Of a stretch of DNA of 64,000 nt, positions 19,313 through 28,836 are shown in pieces; positions within the stretch are counted from its first letter, which is position 1; every line of letters starts with the position of its first letter. A program made the translations under genes and the position numbers. The notes under the pieces are model-generated. The model searched no databases, had not been told where the DNA came from, and worked only from the letters and a program-made list of their open reading frames with translations. Source of the stretch: an uncultured Calditrichaceae bacterium (lineage in GTDB: Bacteria; Calditrichota; Calditrichia; RBG-13-44-9); assembly GCA_964452045.1 (NCBI GenBank), contig CAYVKM010000005.1, positions 2,945 through 66,944 of the forward strand, in the 5' to 3' direction.

Positions 19313-21231
19313 AAATTGCTATTATCGGACAGCCCAACGCCGGAAAAAGTACTATTTTTAATTCGGTGGCGGGATATAAATCCGCTACCTCCAACCTCCC
19401 CGGAACTACAGTTAAATATACGGAAAGCCAGATTAAATTGAATGGGAATGTTTATCGCTTAGTAGACTTTCCCGGAACTTATTCTCTCTCAGCGACAAAT
19501 GAGGCTGAGGCCGAAGTCGGTAAATATCTCATCAGTGGCAATTTTGATCTGATCATCAACATCATTGATGCTTCGCAATTGGGACGAAGCCTTCCGCTTA
19601 CCCTCGAACTTATGGAAATTGGTATTCCGGTAGTCATTGCCCTGAACATGATTGATGAAGCAGAGCGAAAGGGCATATCTATTGATGTTGACCATTTATC
19701 GGAAATCCTGGGAATCCCTGTCCAATCCACCATTGCCAGTAAAAATCTGGGTGTGCGCGATCTCTTCGATCTGGCAAAAAAGATGATCAGTGGTCGCGTC
19801 CCATTACGGCAGAAAAAAATTCGCTGTCAGCGGGATGTGGAGGAAGTGATTGGTGAAATGGAAAATATTGTTAACTTAAAATTGCCGATTTCTTCTCCCT
19901 ATCCACCACGCTTTCTGGCCATAAAATTACTGGAAGACGATGATTACTATCGAGACCTGGTGATGGGTAAGAATGGCCTGTATATCTCTCAAAAAATTGG
20001 TGAATACCAGAATAAGCTGGTTGACCTGAGGGGAAAACCGCAGGATAGCGTTCTGGTGCTGGAACGGCATGCTATAGCGATGGATATTTATAAACAGGTT
20101 GTCACGTTGGGACCCCCTCAACGGGACTGGCGGGGAAAAATTGATGATATTGTAATGCACAAGGTGCTGGGGTACTTTATCCTGCTGGGTGTTCTGATCG
20201 GATTTTTCTATGTAGTTTTTCAGGTAGGCGCCGTAATCGAGACTTTTCTGCTTAATGGTTTCAGTTATGTTGAGGCCTTATTACCCCAATATTTTGTCCC
20301 GGAAGGATTTATTTATCATTTTGTAAAATCGATCATTTGGGGGATCAGTGGCGGTGTGGCGATCGTTCTTCCCTACCTGGTTCCATTTTTAATCGGACTT
20401 ACTCTGCTGGAAGATATCGGATACTTACCCCGGGTAGCTTATCTGATGGACACTTTTATGCACCGAATTGGTTTGCACGGAACTTCCATTGTACCGGCGG
20501 TTCTCGGCTATGGCTGCAATGTACCGGCAGTGATGGCGACCAGGATACTCCCCTCCCGCCGGGACAAGATAATTGCCGGGGTGATATCCAGTATGGTACC
20601 CTGCTCGGCCAGATCGATTGTAATATTGGGATTGGTGGCTTTCTATCTGGGTCCGCTGTGGGCCTTCGGTATATATGTTCTAAATGCGTTGGTCATTGCA
20701 GCATCTGGCAAGGTACTTTCACTGCTCATGCCGGAAGTTTCGCCAGGAATGGTCCTGGAAATTCCACCCTATCGTTTGCCGGCACTTAAAGTGATCCGCA
20801 AGAAGACCTGGTTTAGAATAAAAGAGTTTATTACTGTTGCCTGGCCAATTTTGATTCTCGGAAGTGTTATTTTGGGTCTGTTAGAGTATTTTCATCTAGA
20901 TCAGTTGATCAATCAGGGATTTACGCCTTTCACCTCCCTGCTTAAACTCCCGGTAGTGGTTGGAACAACCCTGATATTTGGTGTTCTCAGAAAAGAACTG
21001 GCCCTAATTATGCTTACCCAGGCGATTGGCACAAATAACGTGATTGATGTGATGTCTACAACCCAGATCTTAACCTTTACCATATTTGTAACATTCTACA
21101 TCCCCTGTGTGGCTACTATGGCAGTTTTGGCGAGGGAACTCAGTAAAAAATGGACACTTATCATCATCGGATTTACCCTGATCCTGGCGACGGTATTTGC
21201 CTGGCTGGTCAGTTTCTTCGGCAGTATATAA
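19309..21231 (+). CDS. feoB: Ferrous iron transporter B
   Basis: N-terminal G domain (GQPNAGKST, DFPGTYSL, NMID) followed by a polytopic membrane domain. Confidence 0.92.
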   Translation: MKIAIIGQPNAGKSTIFNSVAGYKSATSNLPGTTVKYTESQIKLNGNVYRLVDFPGTYSLSATNEAEAEVGKYLISGNFDLIINIIDASQLGRSLPLTLELMEIGIPVVIALNMIDEAERKGISIDVDHLSEILGIPVQSTIASKNLGVRDLFDLAKKMISGRVPLRQKKIRCQRDVEEVIGEMENIVNLKLPISSPYPPRFLAIKLLEDDDYYRDLVMGKNGLYISQKIGEYQNKLVDLRGKPQDSVLVLERHAIAMDIYKQVVTLGPPQRDWRGKIDDIVMHKVLGYFILLGVLIGFFYVVFQVGAVIETFLLNGFSYVEALLPQYFVPEGFIYHFVKSIIWGISGGVAIVLPYLVPFLIGLTLLEDIGYLPRVAYLMDTFMHRIGLHGTSIVPAVLGYGCNVPAVMATRILPSRRDKIIAGVISSMVPCSARSIVILGLVAFYLGPLWAFGIYVLNALVIAASGKVLSLLMPEVSPGMVLEIPPYRLPALKVIRKKTWFRIKEFITVAWPILILGSVILGLLEYFHLDQLINQGFTPFTSLLKLPVVVGTTLIFGVLRKELALIMLTQAIGTNNVIDVMSTTQILTFTIFVTFYIPCVATMAVLARELSKKWTLIIIGFTLILATVFAWLVSFFGSI

Positions 21232-21456
21232 AATATTCCAATTCTTTGATATTACTTATTCTTTAATTCAGCAGTTCTAACAGAAAAATTCTAAAACTAC
21301 TGGTGTGAATCGGCTAAAATTTTAGGTAATTCTTCTTTTAAGGGATTTTCTTTTTTCTTGTAATTCAACAGTATTACCTTAATTTATCAATATCAAGGCT
21401 ATACGTTTGATTTTTTAAAATTATTCTTTTAAATTATTTCGTTCAGGTAAGAAATA

Positions 21457-22665
21457 ATGACAGATTTGCTTTATTACAAAAATGCGTATCAGGTTGATTT
21501 TGAAGCAAAAGTACTCTCGATAGATCAATTGAAGGATCGCTTTGCCATCGTGCTGGATGCGACCTGTTTTTATCCGGAGGGTGGTGGGCAACCTGCGGAC
21601 AGCGGCTGGTTGAATGAGGTCCAGGTGATGGATGTCCAATCGAATAATGGAGAAGTTATCCATTACACCGAAAAGCCGGTAAAGGGAGAAACAGTTCGGG
21701 GGAAAATCGATTGGGAAAAACGATTTGATTTTATGCAACAACATACCGGACAACATTTGCTTTCCCAATCTTTGGTAAGGGTCGGCAAATACCGCACAGT
21801 ATCGGTACATCTGGGGGAAAGTTATACTTCTGTCGAAATAGATGCGTCACAGTTTTCGGATCAGGAAATTTATTCAGTGGAGAAAATGGCTAATGATGCC
21901 ATTAGTAATAATTTGCCGGTTAACACCCATTGGGTCGATCCTTCAGAGGTTCATCGGTACCATTTACGAAAACCTCCACCTAAAGTGGAAAAGGTAAGGG
22001 TTGTTGAAATTAAAGGTTTTGATGCTTCATCCTGCGGTGGCACCCACGTCTCTCGTACCGGTGAAGTAGGGATTATCAAGATCATCGGTCAGGAGCGGAT
22101 ACGAGGACATGTGCGCTTGTTAGCCAAAATCGGGCAGAGGGCTCTGGACGACTATGATAAGAAAATCAGACTGATTCAGGAATTGAACCGGATGCTCTCC
22201 TGCGGAGATGATGATATTCCGGCCCGGGTGAATGATCTTGAGAATGAGGTTCGGGATTTGTCACGAGAACTGGCAAGGGTGCAGGGGGAATTGATGGAAA
22301 CTGCTGCGGAAAAGGCTGCCCATAATGCCAGGACTATCGCCGATATTGAATTTATCAGTAGTGTTTTTGAAGATTTGAATAAAAAAGCCATGAAGTCGTT
22401 TTTAGATCCTCTCCTGGCAAAAAGGAATCGCATTGTTTTGATAATAAATAAAGATAGCCAACAATTAAATTGGATGATTGGTCATTCACTGAAAGGTGAG
22501 TTAAATTTAAATCTTCTGGTTAAACCACTTTTGCCTCTTATTTCGGGACGCGGTGGTGGCCAGCCGGAATTAATTCAGGGCGGTGGCAGCAATCCGAATA
22601 GTATTCAAGAATTTATAACGGAATTTGAAAAAAAGATTGAAAAGGAGCTAAAGAAAAATGAGTGA
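21457..22665 (+). CDS. alaX: Alanyl-tRNA editing protein, AlaX-L type
   Basis: tRNA_SAD zinc motifs HTGQH and SCGGTHV. C-terminal DHHA1-like GGRGGGQPELIQGGG. Confidence 0.85.
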   Translation: MTDLLYYKNAYQVDFEAKVLSIDQLKDRFAIVLDATCFYPEGGGQPADSGWLNEVQVMDVQSNNGEVIHYTEKPVKGETVRGKIDWEKRFDFMQQHTGQHLLSQSLVRVGKYRTVSVHLGESYTSVEIDASQFSDQEIYSVEKMANDAISNNLPVNTHWVDPSEVHRYHLRKPPPKVEKVRVVEIKGFDASSCGGTHVSRTGEVGIIKIIGQERIRGHVRLLAKIGQRALDDYDKKIRLIQELNRMLSCGDDDIPARVNDLENEVRDLSRELARVQGELMETAAEKAAHNARTIADIEFISSVFEDLNKKAMKSFLDPLLAKRNRIVLIINKDSQQLNWMIGHSLKGELNLNLLVKPLLPLISGRGGGQPELIQGGGSNPNSIQEFITEFEKKIEKELKKNE

Positions 22666-23215
22666 TATTCGAGGTTTGGTGATTCAGTCGCGACTGAGCT
22701 ATCTGGAAAAATTGGATGACCAGTCTAAGTTCCAACAGGTGTTGCAAAAGTTGTCCGAACCAGTAAGAAATGCGATTGGTGAGCAGGTATTCATGACTAA
22801 TCTTTACTCGTTCGGCATGTTAAAAGATCTGGATATGGCTATCGGTGAATCGCTGAAAATTCCGCTTGAATCTATTTTTAATGAGATTGGAAAATCCTAT
22901 GCCTCACTTATCCTGGATCGCTACTTCTATAATTATATCCAGGAGAAGGACCCGCAACGATTTTTATCCCAAATTGAACGGCTGTACCCCTCTCTTTGGT
23001 ATTTTGGACAATATACCTATAAAAAAAATGGTGAGAAATCGGCAATCATCAGGTTCGATTATGATGAGGATTTACATAAACCTTATTGCTGGTTTATTCA
23101 GGCTTTTCTTAGCAAGGGGATTGAGATTTGTGGCGGAAAAGATGTTAAGATAAATGAAAAAGAATGTGTTGCCGAAGATAGGGAATCCTGTCTTTACAAC
23201 ATAAAATGGAATTAA
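22658..23215 (+). CDS. Hypothetical protein (possible small ligand-binding fold, DUF2378/V4R-like, unverified)
   Basis: 185-aa soluble ORF overlapping the alaX stop by 8 nt. No catalytic motif recognised. The family assignment is only an impression. Confidence 0.3.
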   Translation: MSDIRGLVIQSRLSYLEKLDDQSKFQQVLQKLSEPVRNAIGEQVFMTNLYSFGMLKDLDMAIGESLKIPLESIFNEIGKSYASLILDRYFYNYIQEKDPQRFLSQIERLYPSLWYFGQYTYKKNGEKSAIIRFDYDEDLHKPYCWFIQAFLSKGIEICGGKDVKINEKECVAEDRESCLYNIKWN

Positions 23216-23288
23216 ATAGTTGCTTATCGGAATTCATTTTTCTGCGAATATATGAATATAAATATTGGAATTTAAGCATCGAGGTAAA

Positions 23289-23948
23289 ATGCCCGAAGAA
23301 CAGATTTATACAGTAATTATTGGTGACATCAGCGGATCGAAGCAATTAAATGGTATGGATCGTTATCAGACCCAATTGTTCGTAAAATCTGCTATAGTTC
23401 AAATAAATGAAGAATATCAATCTTTTATCGAAGCACCGATGACCATTACCAAGGGGGATGAATTTCAGGGATTAATCGATTCCCCGGGACATGCCTACCA
23501 GATTATTCAGGCCCTGGAAAAAATGGTTTTTCCTATCCATGTGCGATATGGTCTAGGTGTTGGTCAGATATATCGTATGGGTGGTACACTGCCAATTGAG
23601 ATGGATGGGCCGGCATTTCATAAGGCGAATGGGGCGTTAAACCAGGCAAAAAAACGTAAAATAAGTGCCTGGTTCATCTCCGAAATCGAATCCTACGATA
23701 AATTAATCAATACGGTTCTATCTCTGGTCTCTGCCATAAAGTCCCGCTGGAATGACCGGCATTATAAACTGTATTGGGATTATCTGGAATTAGGAACCTA
23801 TAAACGGGTGGCGGAGCAACAAAATGTAACCCCGCAGGCGATCTGTGATGTTCTCAAGAATAGCCGTGCAACAGATATAATTTCGGCTGAAAAGCGTTTG
23901 ATTGAAGTTTTAAATAATTTCCAGCCAGAGCCGCACTTCCAGGTTTAG
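23289..23948 (+). CDS. SatD family protein
   Basis: IIGDISGSKQL ... ITKGDEFQGLI ... RYGLGVGQI ... MDGPAFHKANGAL matches my recollection of the SatD family layout. ATG 23289 follows GAGGT; the listed TTG at 23265 is a less likely start. Confidence 0.55.
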   Translation: MPEEQIYTVIIGDISGSKQLNGMDRYQTQLFVKSAIVQINEEYQSFIEAPMTITKGDEFQGLIDSPGHAYQIIQALEKMVFPIHVRYGLGVGQIYRMGGTLPIEMDGPAFHKANGALNQAKKRKISAWFISEIESYDKLINTVLSLVSAIKSRWNDRHYKLYWDYLELGTYKRVAEQQNVTPQAICDVLKNSRATDIISAEKRLIEVLNNFQPEPHFQV

Positions 23949-24781
23949 TTGGGCGAGAATGGTGTCTCGCTCCTGCCTCCATAGTATTGATAAAAAGCCC
24001 GCATCCCAAACACCAAGCCTGCTGTCCCCAGAATCAAGATGATTGGGGATACGTGGTCTCCCCACAAATAAATGCTGGCAAATTTCTCCTGATTTGTATT
24101 ATAAAACAGCAGTGCAGCTGCATTGTTGGTTGCATGGCCGATCACTGAGGGAACAATGCTATTGGCCCGCCAGGCCAGAATTCCAAGTATGATGCCCAGT
24201 AAAAATATTTGAATAGCCCAGTAGATCATGCCATGGATGATGGTCCAGGCCAGGCTGGCATAGATCACCGCCTTGGTAACATCATAATGTTTTTCCAGGG
24301 ATCGTTGCAGAAAGCCACGAATAATAGATTCTTCCACAAATGCCGCTGCAACCACCGCTCCGAAAACTAATATGATAAAATCTACCGGGGTATGGATGGC
24401 CATAGCCTGTGAAATTTCTCCGAGAAAATCCGGAGCCGGGATAAACATATTCATCAGGCGGTCCAGCTCATCGCCAATGACGCTGATGCCCAGACCAATT
24501 GCAAAACCCCAGGGAATAAGAAAAGCTGGGATCGGGTTCCAGCGGAAAACCTCCCGGTAGGATAAACCACGGCTTTTAACATAAACCAGCGGGACTATAA
24601 TCAATCCAACCTCTCCAAATGTGATGAGCATCTTTAACGCTAGGGAATGCTGATTGATTTTCTCCGGATCAGAGACCAAAATGAATAACAGGGATTGGGT
24701 AATCAGAACGATAAGAAAAAAGCTGGCAATGATAATCAGAAAGGCTTCCAGGGGGCGCGGAAATTTTGTTTTATCCTCCAT
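23945..24781 (-). CDS. CPBP family intramembrane glutamic protease (CAAX protease-like)
   Basis: Polytopic membrane protein with motifs FVEESIIRGF and HATNNAAALL. Confidence 0.8.
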   Translation of the reverse strand: MEDKTKFPRPLEAFLIIIASFFLIVLITQSLLFILVSDPEKINQHSLALKMLITFGEVGLIIVPLVYVKSRGLSYREVFRWNPIPAFLIPWGFAIGLGISVIGDELDRLMNMFIPAPDFLGEISQAMAIHTPVDFIILVFGAVVAAAFVEESIIRGFLQRSLEKHYDVTKAVIYASLAWTIIHGMIYWAIQIFLLGIILGILAWRANSIVPSVIGHATNNAAALLFYNTNQEKFASIYLWGDHVSPIILILGTAGLVFGMRAFYQYYGGRSETPFSPN

Positions 24782-24861
24782 TTGGTCTCCGTTATATTAA
24801 AAAGAGTCTATTTTATAGTCTTTCTAAACTTTCTTCAAGTAAAGACATTATTATAATAAAT

Positions 24862-25647
24862 TCAACGATGATTAAGAATTTTCTCTGCTAATGTTTGAAG
24901 AAGTATGCCACCTACCACAGAAACGTTCAGGGATTCAGCCCGGCCGTATTTTTTAATGGCGATATTTTCATCGACAATTTTTTGTAAATCCCGAGAGACT
25001 CCCTCTGCCTCTCCGCCCAGAATGAGGGCAACAGAAGATCGAACCTGGATATCCGCCATCGATTTTTTGGAGCTGGGCGAAGTAGAAATCACCTGAAATT
25101 TCTGCGCTTTTAAATCCAGAATTGTTTCCGGAATATTTTCCACTGTCAATAATTTTACATGGAAAATGGATCCCATGGATGCCCTTACCACTTTTGGATT
25201 ATAATAATCCACAGTATCCGAGGTCGAAATGATCATATCTACCCCGAACCAGTCTGCAGAACGAATCAAAGTTCCCAGATTTCCCGGATCCCGGATACCA
25301 TCCAGAATCAGGATAAAATTACTGCCCGTGAAATTTGATGTCCTCTCATTATTGACTTCAGGGATTGATATAACCAGTAAAATACCTTGAGGCTGTTCGG
25401 TCTCTGCCAGTTTTTTGAAAGAGTTTTCTTTAAGAGTGGTAAGGGATAATCCCTCTTTTTTCATTGCCTTTAATAATGCCCCATAATTTTCTGAGGAGAG
25501 GAAAGACTCACTGCAAAATGCGGCTTCCACCGGCCAGCCGGCTGTAAGCGCTTCCTGGCATAATCGGACCCCCTCGACTGTAAAAAGTCTCCAGGTATCG
25601 CGGTATTTCTTCATACGCAATTTTTGATACTCTTTCCAGGATTTCAT
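24862..25647 (-). CDS. TrmH/SpoU family RNA 2-prime-O-methyltransferase
   Basis: SpoU motifs: ILDGIRDPGNLGTLIRSA, LILGGEAEG, ESLNVSVVGGILL. Confidence 0.85.
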   Translation of the reverse strand: MKSWKEYQKLRMKKYRDTWRLFTVEGVRLCQEALTAGWPVEAAFCSESFLSSENYGALLKAMKKEGLSLTTLKENSFKKLAETEQPQGILLVISIPEVNNERTSNFTGSNFILILDGIRDPGNLGTLIRSADWFGVDMIISTSDTVDYYNPKVVRASMGSIFHVKLLTVENIPETILDLKAQKFQVISTSPSSKKSMADIQVRSSVALILGGEAEGVSRDLQKIVDENIAIKKYGRAESLNVSVVGGILLQTLAEKILNHR

Positions 25648-25653
25648 AGGTTC

Positions 25654-27420
25654 CTATGAGGTTTTAAAGAGCGGGGCTTTGCGATACCAGCGCATTAATT
25701 CGTCCCGATATATGACCCCGGTAAGGGTACGCTTGGCTCTTTTGTCAACTACCGGGAGCATTTCGGCATCAGTCAGATCGAACAGGCGCAGCACATCTGC
25801 CAGTGATTGGTCAGGATGAACGGAGATAAAATCCTCCTGCATAATATCTTTGGCAATCAGCAGGGGATAGATATGTTCTTCGAACATATAACTGCGGATA
25901 TTATTGAGGGAAATGAGACCAACCAGCTTTTTTTTCTGATTCAGGACCGGAAAGGTGGCATGATCGCTTCTTCGGAGTAAATTTAAAATCTTGATGAAGG
26001 GCATGTCTTCGGATACCTTATCGTATTTGGTTTTAATATGCTGCTCTATGGGTACACTTTGCAACAGGGTCAGGTTGCGCCCTTTGAAAATATATTCGCC
26101 GCTCAGGGCAATCTTCATGGTGTACATATTACTGCGCATCACCCAGCGGGAAGTTATGGTAGCAATAATGGTTCCCAGCATTAATGGTAAAATAATCTGA
26201 TAATTACTGGTTACTTCGAAAATGAGCATAAGGGCTGTGATCGTGGCGTGGGTTGTCCCAGCAATCATCACTCCCATTCCCACCAGGGCATAAGCGCCGG
26301 GTGAAGCGGTAATTTCGGGAAAAAGGACGTTCATTACCGTGCCGAAAAATGCGCCAAAGGCAGCACCAATAAAAAGGGTCGGGATAAATAATCCGCCGGA
26401 TCCTCCGCTTCCCAGGGAAAGAGAAGTTGCGATCATTTTAAAAATCATCAACAGAAACAATGTGCCAACCGCAGTGTGGGCGGCCAGCGCACTGTGGATG
26501 GCGCTGTCATCGAATCCGTAGATGTCCGGAAAGCGGAGTGCCACAATTCCCATCAATAATCCACCCAGTGCCGGTTTAAGATATTCTGGAAAATTTTTAG
26601 CACGATTAAATAAATCCTCGGTGCCATAAAGAATTTTGGTGAACAAGACTGCCAGCAATCCACCGACAATTCCCATGAGTAAGTAGAGTGGATATTCATA
26701 GAAGCTCTCCAGATAGTAAAGCGGGACACTTAAAACCGGACTGCTTCTGATAAGATAGTGCGAAATAGTAGTGGAAATAACAGTGGCGAAAATAATGGGA
26801 GTAAAAGCTGAAACGCTAAAATCCGCCAGAAGTACTTCCAGGGCAAATAATACCCCGGTAACCGGTGCGTTAAATACTGCCGCCAGACCTGCGGCTGCCC
26901 CGGCTCCAACCAGCAGTTTTAATCGTTCCGATGAAACGTTGAAAAGTTGGCCGACGGTCGAACCAATGGCTGCCCCCACCTGCACAATAGGCCCTTCTTT
27001 TCCGGCAGAGCCACCGGTCCCTATGGTAGTACCGGCAGTGAGTGAGGTAATCAGGGTAACCCGGGGACGGATAAATCCACTGCGATTCGCAATGGATTCG
27101 ATAACTGAAGGTACTCCGTGACCACGGGATTCCCGTGAAAGCAGGTGGATAATTAAACCGACAATTAAGCCACCGATCGCCGGAAAAAGTACCAGCATTA
27201 CTTTGGATATCCAGGTGATGTTGCTCAGGTGGTAAATTTTATCAAAGAAAATATAACGGACAAAATTAATCAGCAGATTTAAAGCATATGCGCCCAGACC
27301 GGCAAAAGTCCCGATAAGAGCAGCCAGGAACAGCATATAAAAATCCTGAGGCAGGTCAATTCGCTGAATAAGTTTAAGCAGAGTAATTTGGGCATGTTTT
27401 CTCAGATGTTTAAATCTCAA
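25654..27420 (-). CDS. ClC family voltage-gated chloride channel / H+-Cl- antiporter with C-terminal CBS pair
   Basis: Selectivity-filter-like motifs GHGVPS, GKEGPIVQ and GGLFIPTL. C-terminal ~140 aa have a CBS-pair pattern. Confidence 0.88.
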   Translation of the reverse strand: MRFKHLRKHAQITLLKLIQRIDLPQDFYMLFLAALIGTFAGLGAYALNLLINFVRYIFFDKIYHLSNITWISKVMLVLFPAIGGLIVGLIIHLLSRESRGHGVPSVIESIANRSGFIRPRVTLITSLTAGTTIGTGGSAGKEGPIVQVGAAIGSTVGQLFNVSSERLKLLVGAGAAAGLAAVFNAPVTGVLFALEVLLADFSVSAFTPIIFATVISTTISHYLIRSSPVLSVPLYYLESFYEYPLYLLMGIVGGLLAVLFTKILYGTEDLFNRAKNFPEYLKPALGGLLMGIVALRFPDIYGFDDSAIHSALAAHTAVGTLFLLMIFKMIATSLSLGSGGSGGLFIPTLFIGAAFGAFFGTVMNVLFPEITASPGAYALVGMGVMIAGTTHATITALMLIFEVTSNYQIILPLMLGTIIATITSRWVMRSNMYTMKIALSGEYIFKGRNLTLLQSVPIEQHIKTKYDKVSEDMPFIKILNLLRRSDHATFPVLNQKKKLVGLISLNNIRSYMFEEHIYPLLIAKDIMQEDFISVHPDQSLADVLRLFDLTDAEMLPVVDKRAKRTLTGVIYRDELMRWYRKAPLFKTS

Positions 27421-27440
27421 AATGCGGGTTCTCCGGATGC

Positions 27441-27689
27441 TTAAACATGATTAATCATCTGCTCAATAATCTCTCTGACCTCTTGTTCATGCTCTCCAGG
27501 GACAAAGATAAATGCCAAATTGCCAGCAATATTGGTACCGGCAATACCATAGGCGGTTGAAACACCATCCTGGGTTATCAGAAAAGGTATTGCCTTTTTA
27601 TCTAAGACCTCACTTATCATTTCTGCATATAGAATACCGGGTAGTGGACCTATTTTAACCCAGTTTTCTGATTTTATATTTTCTTCCAT
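27441..27689 (-). CDS. Small DUF2007-like putative signal-transducing protein
   Basis: 82-aa soluble protein. Pattern ...AEMISEVLDKKAIPF....DG ... FVPGEHEQEVREII resembles DUF2007. Lies 20 nt upstream of the ClC gene. Confidence 0.4.
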   Translation of the reverse strand: MEENIKSENWVKIGPLPGILYAEMISEVLDKKAIPFLITQDGVSTAYGIAGTNIAGNLAFIFVPGEHEQEVREIIEQMINHV

Positions 27690-27745
27690 ATATCACACCT
27701 TTATTTATCATACCTTAAAGTTCAAATGTACAACCATGTATAAAT

Positions 27746-28081
27746 TTAGAAAGTTTTACTGATACCAAAAATTTGATCCACATTCAGGATAAACACCAGC
27801 CCATTACCCGGTTCCTCCAGGGAGCCAACCACCTGCTCGATAGCTTTCACGGCCGGCTGCACCAGATTTTCCGGAATGAGGGTGAGTATGGTTTTATTAG
27901 CTGGCCGGCTGCCCTTCATCAGGTTTTTAAAACCGGCAAAGATAGGAATATCCTGGGCCAGAATAGAACCCATCCCGACACTGTCCAAAATGGTAGCGCC
28001 TTTAATATTTAATTCCAGGAATGCCTCGAGGATCTCTTCCAGGTGTTCCTCCTTATTAAGGATGAATACCAGCAACTTCAT
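27746..28081 (-). CDS. PII-like (GlnB-fold) signalling protein
   Basis: 111 aa. MKLLVFILNKEEHLEEILEAFLELNIKGATILDSVGMG ... GNGLVFILNVDQIFGI aligns by eye with the beta-alpha-beta / T-loop / beta-alpha-beta layout of GlnB. The T-loop region is not GlnB-like. Confidence 0.5.
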   Translation of the reverse strand: MKLLVFILNKEEHLEEILEAFLELNIKGATILDSVGMGSILAQDIPIFAGFKNLMKGSRPANKTILTLIPENLVQPAVKAIEQVVGSLEEPGNGLVFILNVDQIFGISKTF

Positions 28082-28554
28082 GAGGCGATCTCGAAATATT
28101 TTTCCTCTTCTTCCTTCAGAATCCGGTAAGCTTCATCCGGGGTTGTAGCAACTTTAAGCTTATCCCGCAGTGATTCTTTGGCGATGATCCGGGAAATCCG
28201 GCTGAGCAGGCGAATATGTGTTCCCGGATTTTCTTCTGGTCCGATGAGAAGGAAAATTATTTTTACCGGCCGGTTATCTATCGATTGAAAGTCAACGCCC
28301 TCCGGATGAATTCCCAGGGCAATGGCAAATTCACTGCATTCCTTTTTCTTGCAGTGAGGAATTGCTACCTCCCGACCCACGCCGGTGGTCATTATTTTTT
28401 CCCGTTCCATTATTGCGGAAAACACCGAATTGTGATCGGTAAAAAATCGTGATGAGGTAAGCACTTGAATCATTTCTTTGATTACCTCTTCTTTGTTTTG
28501 ACCTTTTAAAGGAATTTGGATATAACCCGGCTTGAGGACATCGACCAATTTCAT
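28078..28554 (-). CDS. ptsN: PTS EIIA type-2 domain protein (EIIA-Ntr / PtsN-like)
   Basis: EREKIMTTGVGREVAIPHCK carries the phosphorylatable His motif of EIIA-2. 158 aa. 4-nt overlap with the PII-like gene. Confidence 0.75.
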   Translation of the reverse strand: MKLVDVLKPGYIQIPLKGQNKEEVIKEMIQVLTSSRFFTDHNSVFSAIMEREKIMTTGVGREVAIPHCKKKECSEFAIALGIHPEGVDFQSIDNRPVKIIFLLIGPEENPGTHIRLLSRISRIIAKESLRDKLKVATTPDEAYRILKEEEEKYFEIAS

Positions 28555-28836
28555 GTTTGCGCCTCCGTTTCTGACAGGTCAAAATTTAGGAAATTTAGGA
28601 TTTAATACAACTGAAAAGAAAGAAAACAGAGTGAAGGAAACCTGTTTTTTGATCTCGGATGCCCGGTCAGAAATGATATTAAAAATATTACTTCTGAACC
28701 CCTGAGGCGTTTAACAAAATTATCCAACTACTAAAATCCAACTTGTATAATTAGGTAAACCTTTCAAAAACTCTTATCTTGCTCATTCCCTGCAAAATGC
28801 TTAATTTATTTAAACTACATGAAGGAGATTTATTCC

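Noticed and set aside
20337-20789. 150-aa ORF in an alternative + frame inside feoB
   Set aside because: It lies entirely within the well-supported feoB reading frame. Its composition is Gly/Arg/Ser-rich, typical of an off-frame translation. No independent RBS or motif.
21421-21810. 129-aa minus-strand ORF overlapping the start of alaX
   Set aside because: It is antisense to a gene with clear AlaX motifs. It has no recognisable domain and is probably a shadow ORF.
28582-28599. Direct repeat AAATTTAGG x2 in the ptsN-like / nadE divergent intergenic region
   Set aside because: Only two 9-bp copies in AT-rich DNA. This is too short to call a repeat element or operator without comparative data.
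28819-28836. Upstream ATG start for nadE (MKEIYS...)
   Set aside because: The AAGGAG inside this extension is ideally placed as the RBS for ATG 28837, and the conserved nitrilase domain starts right after it. Retained only as an alternative start.
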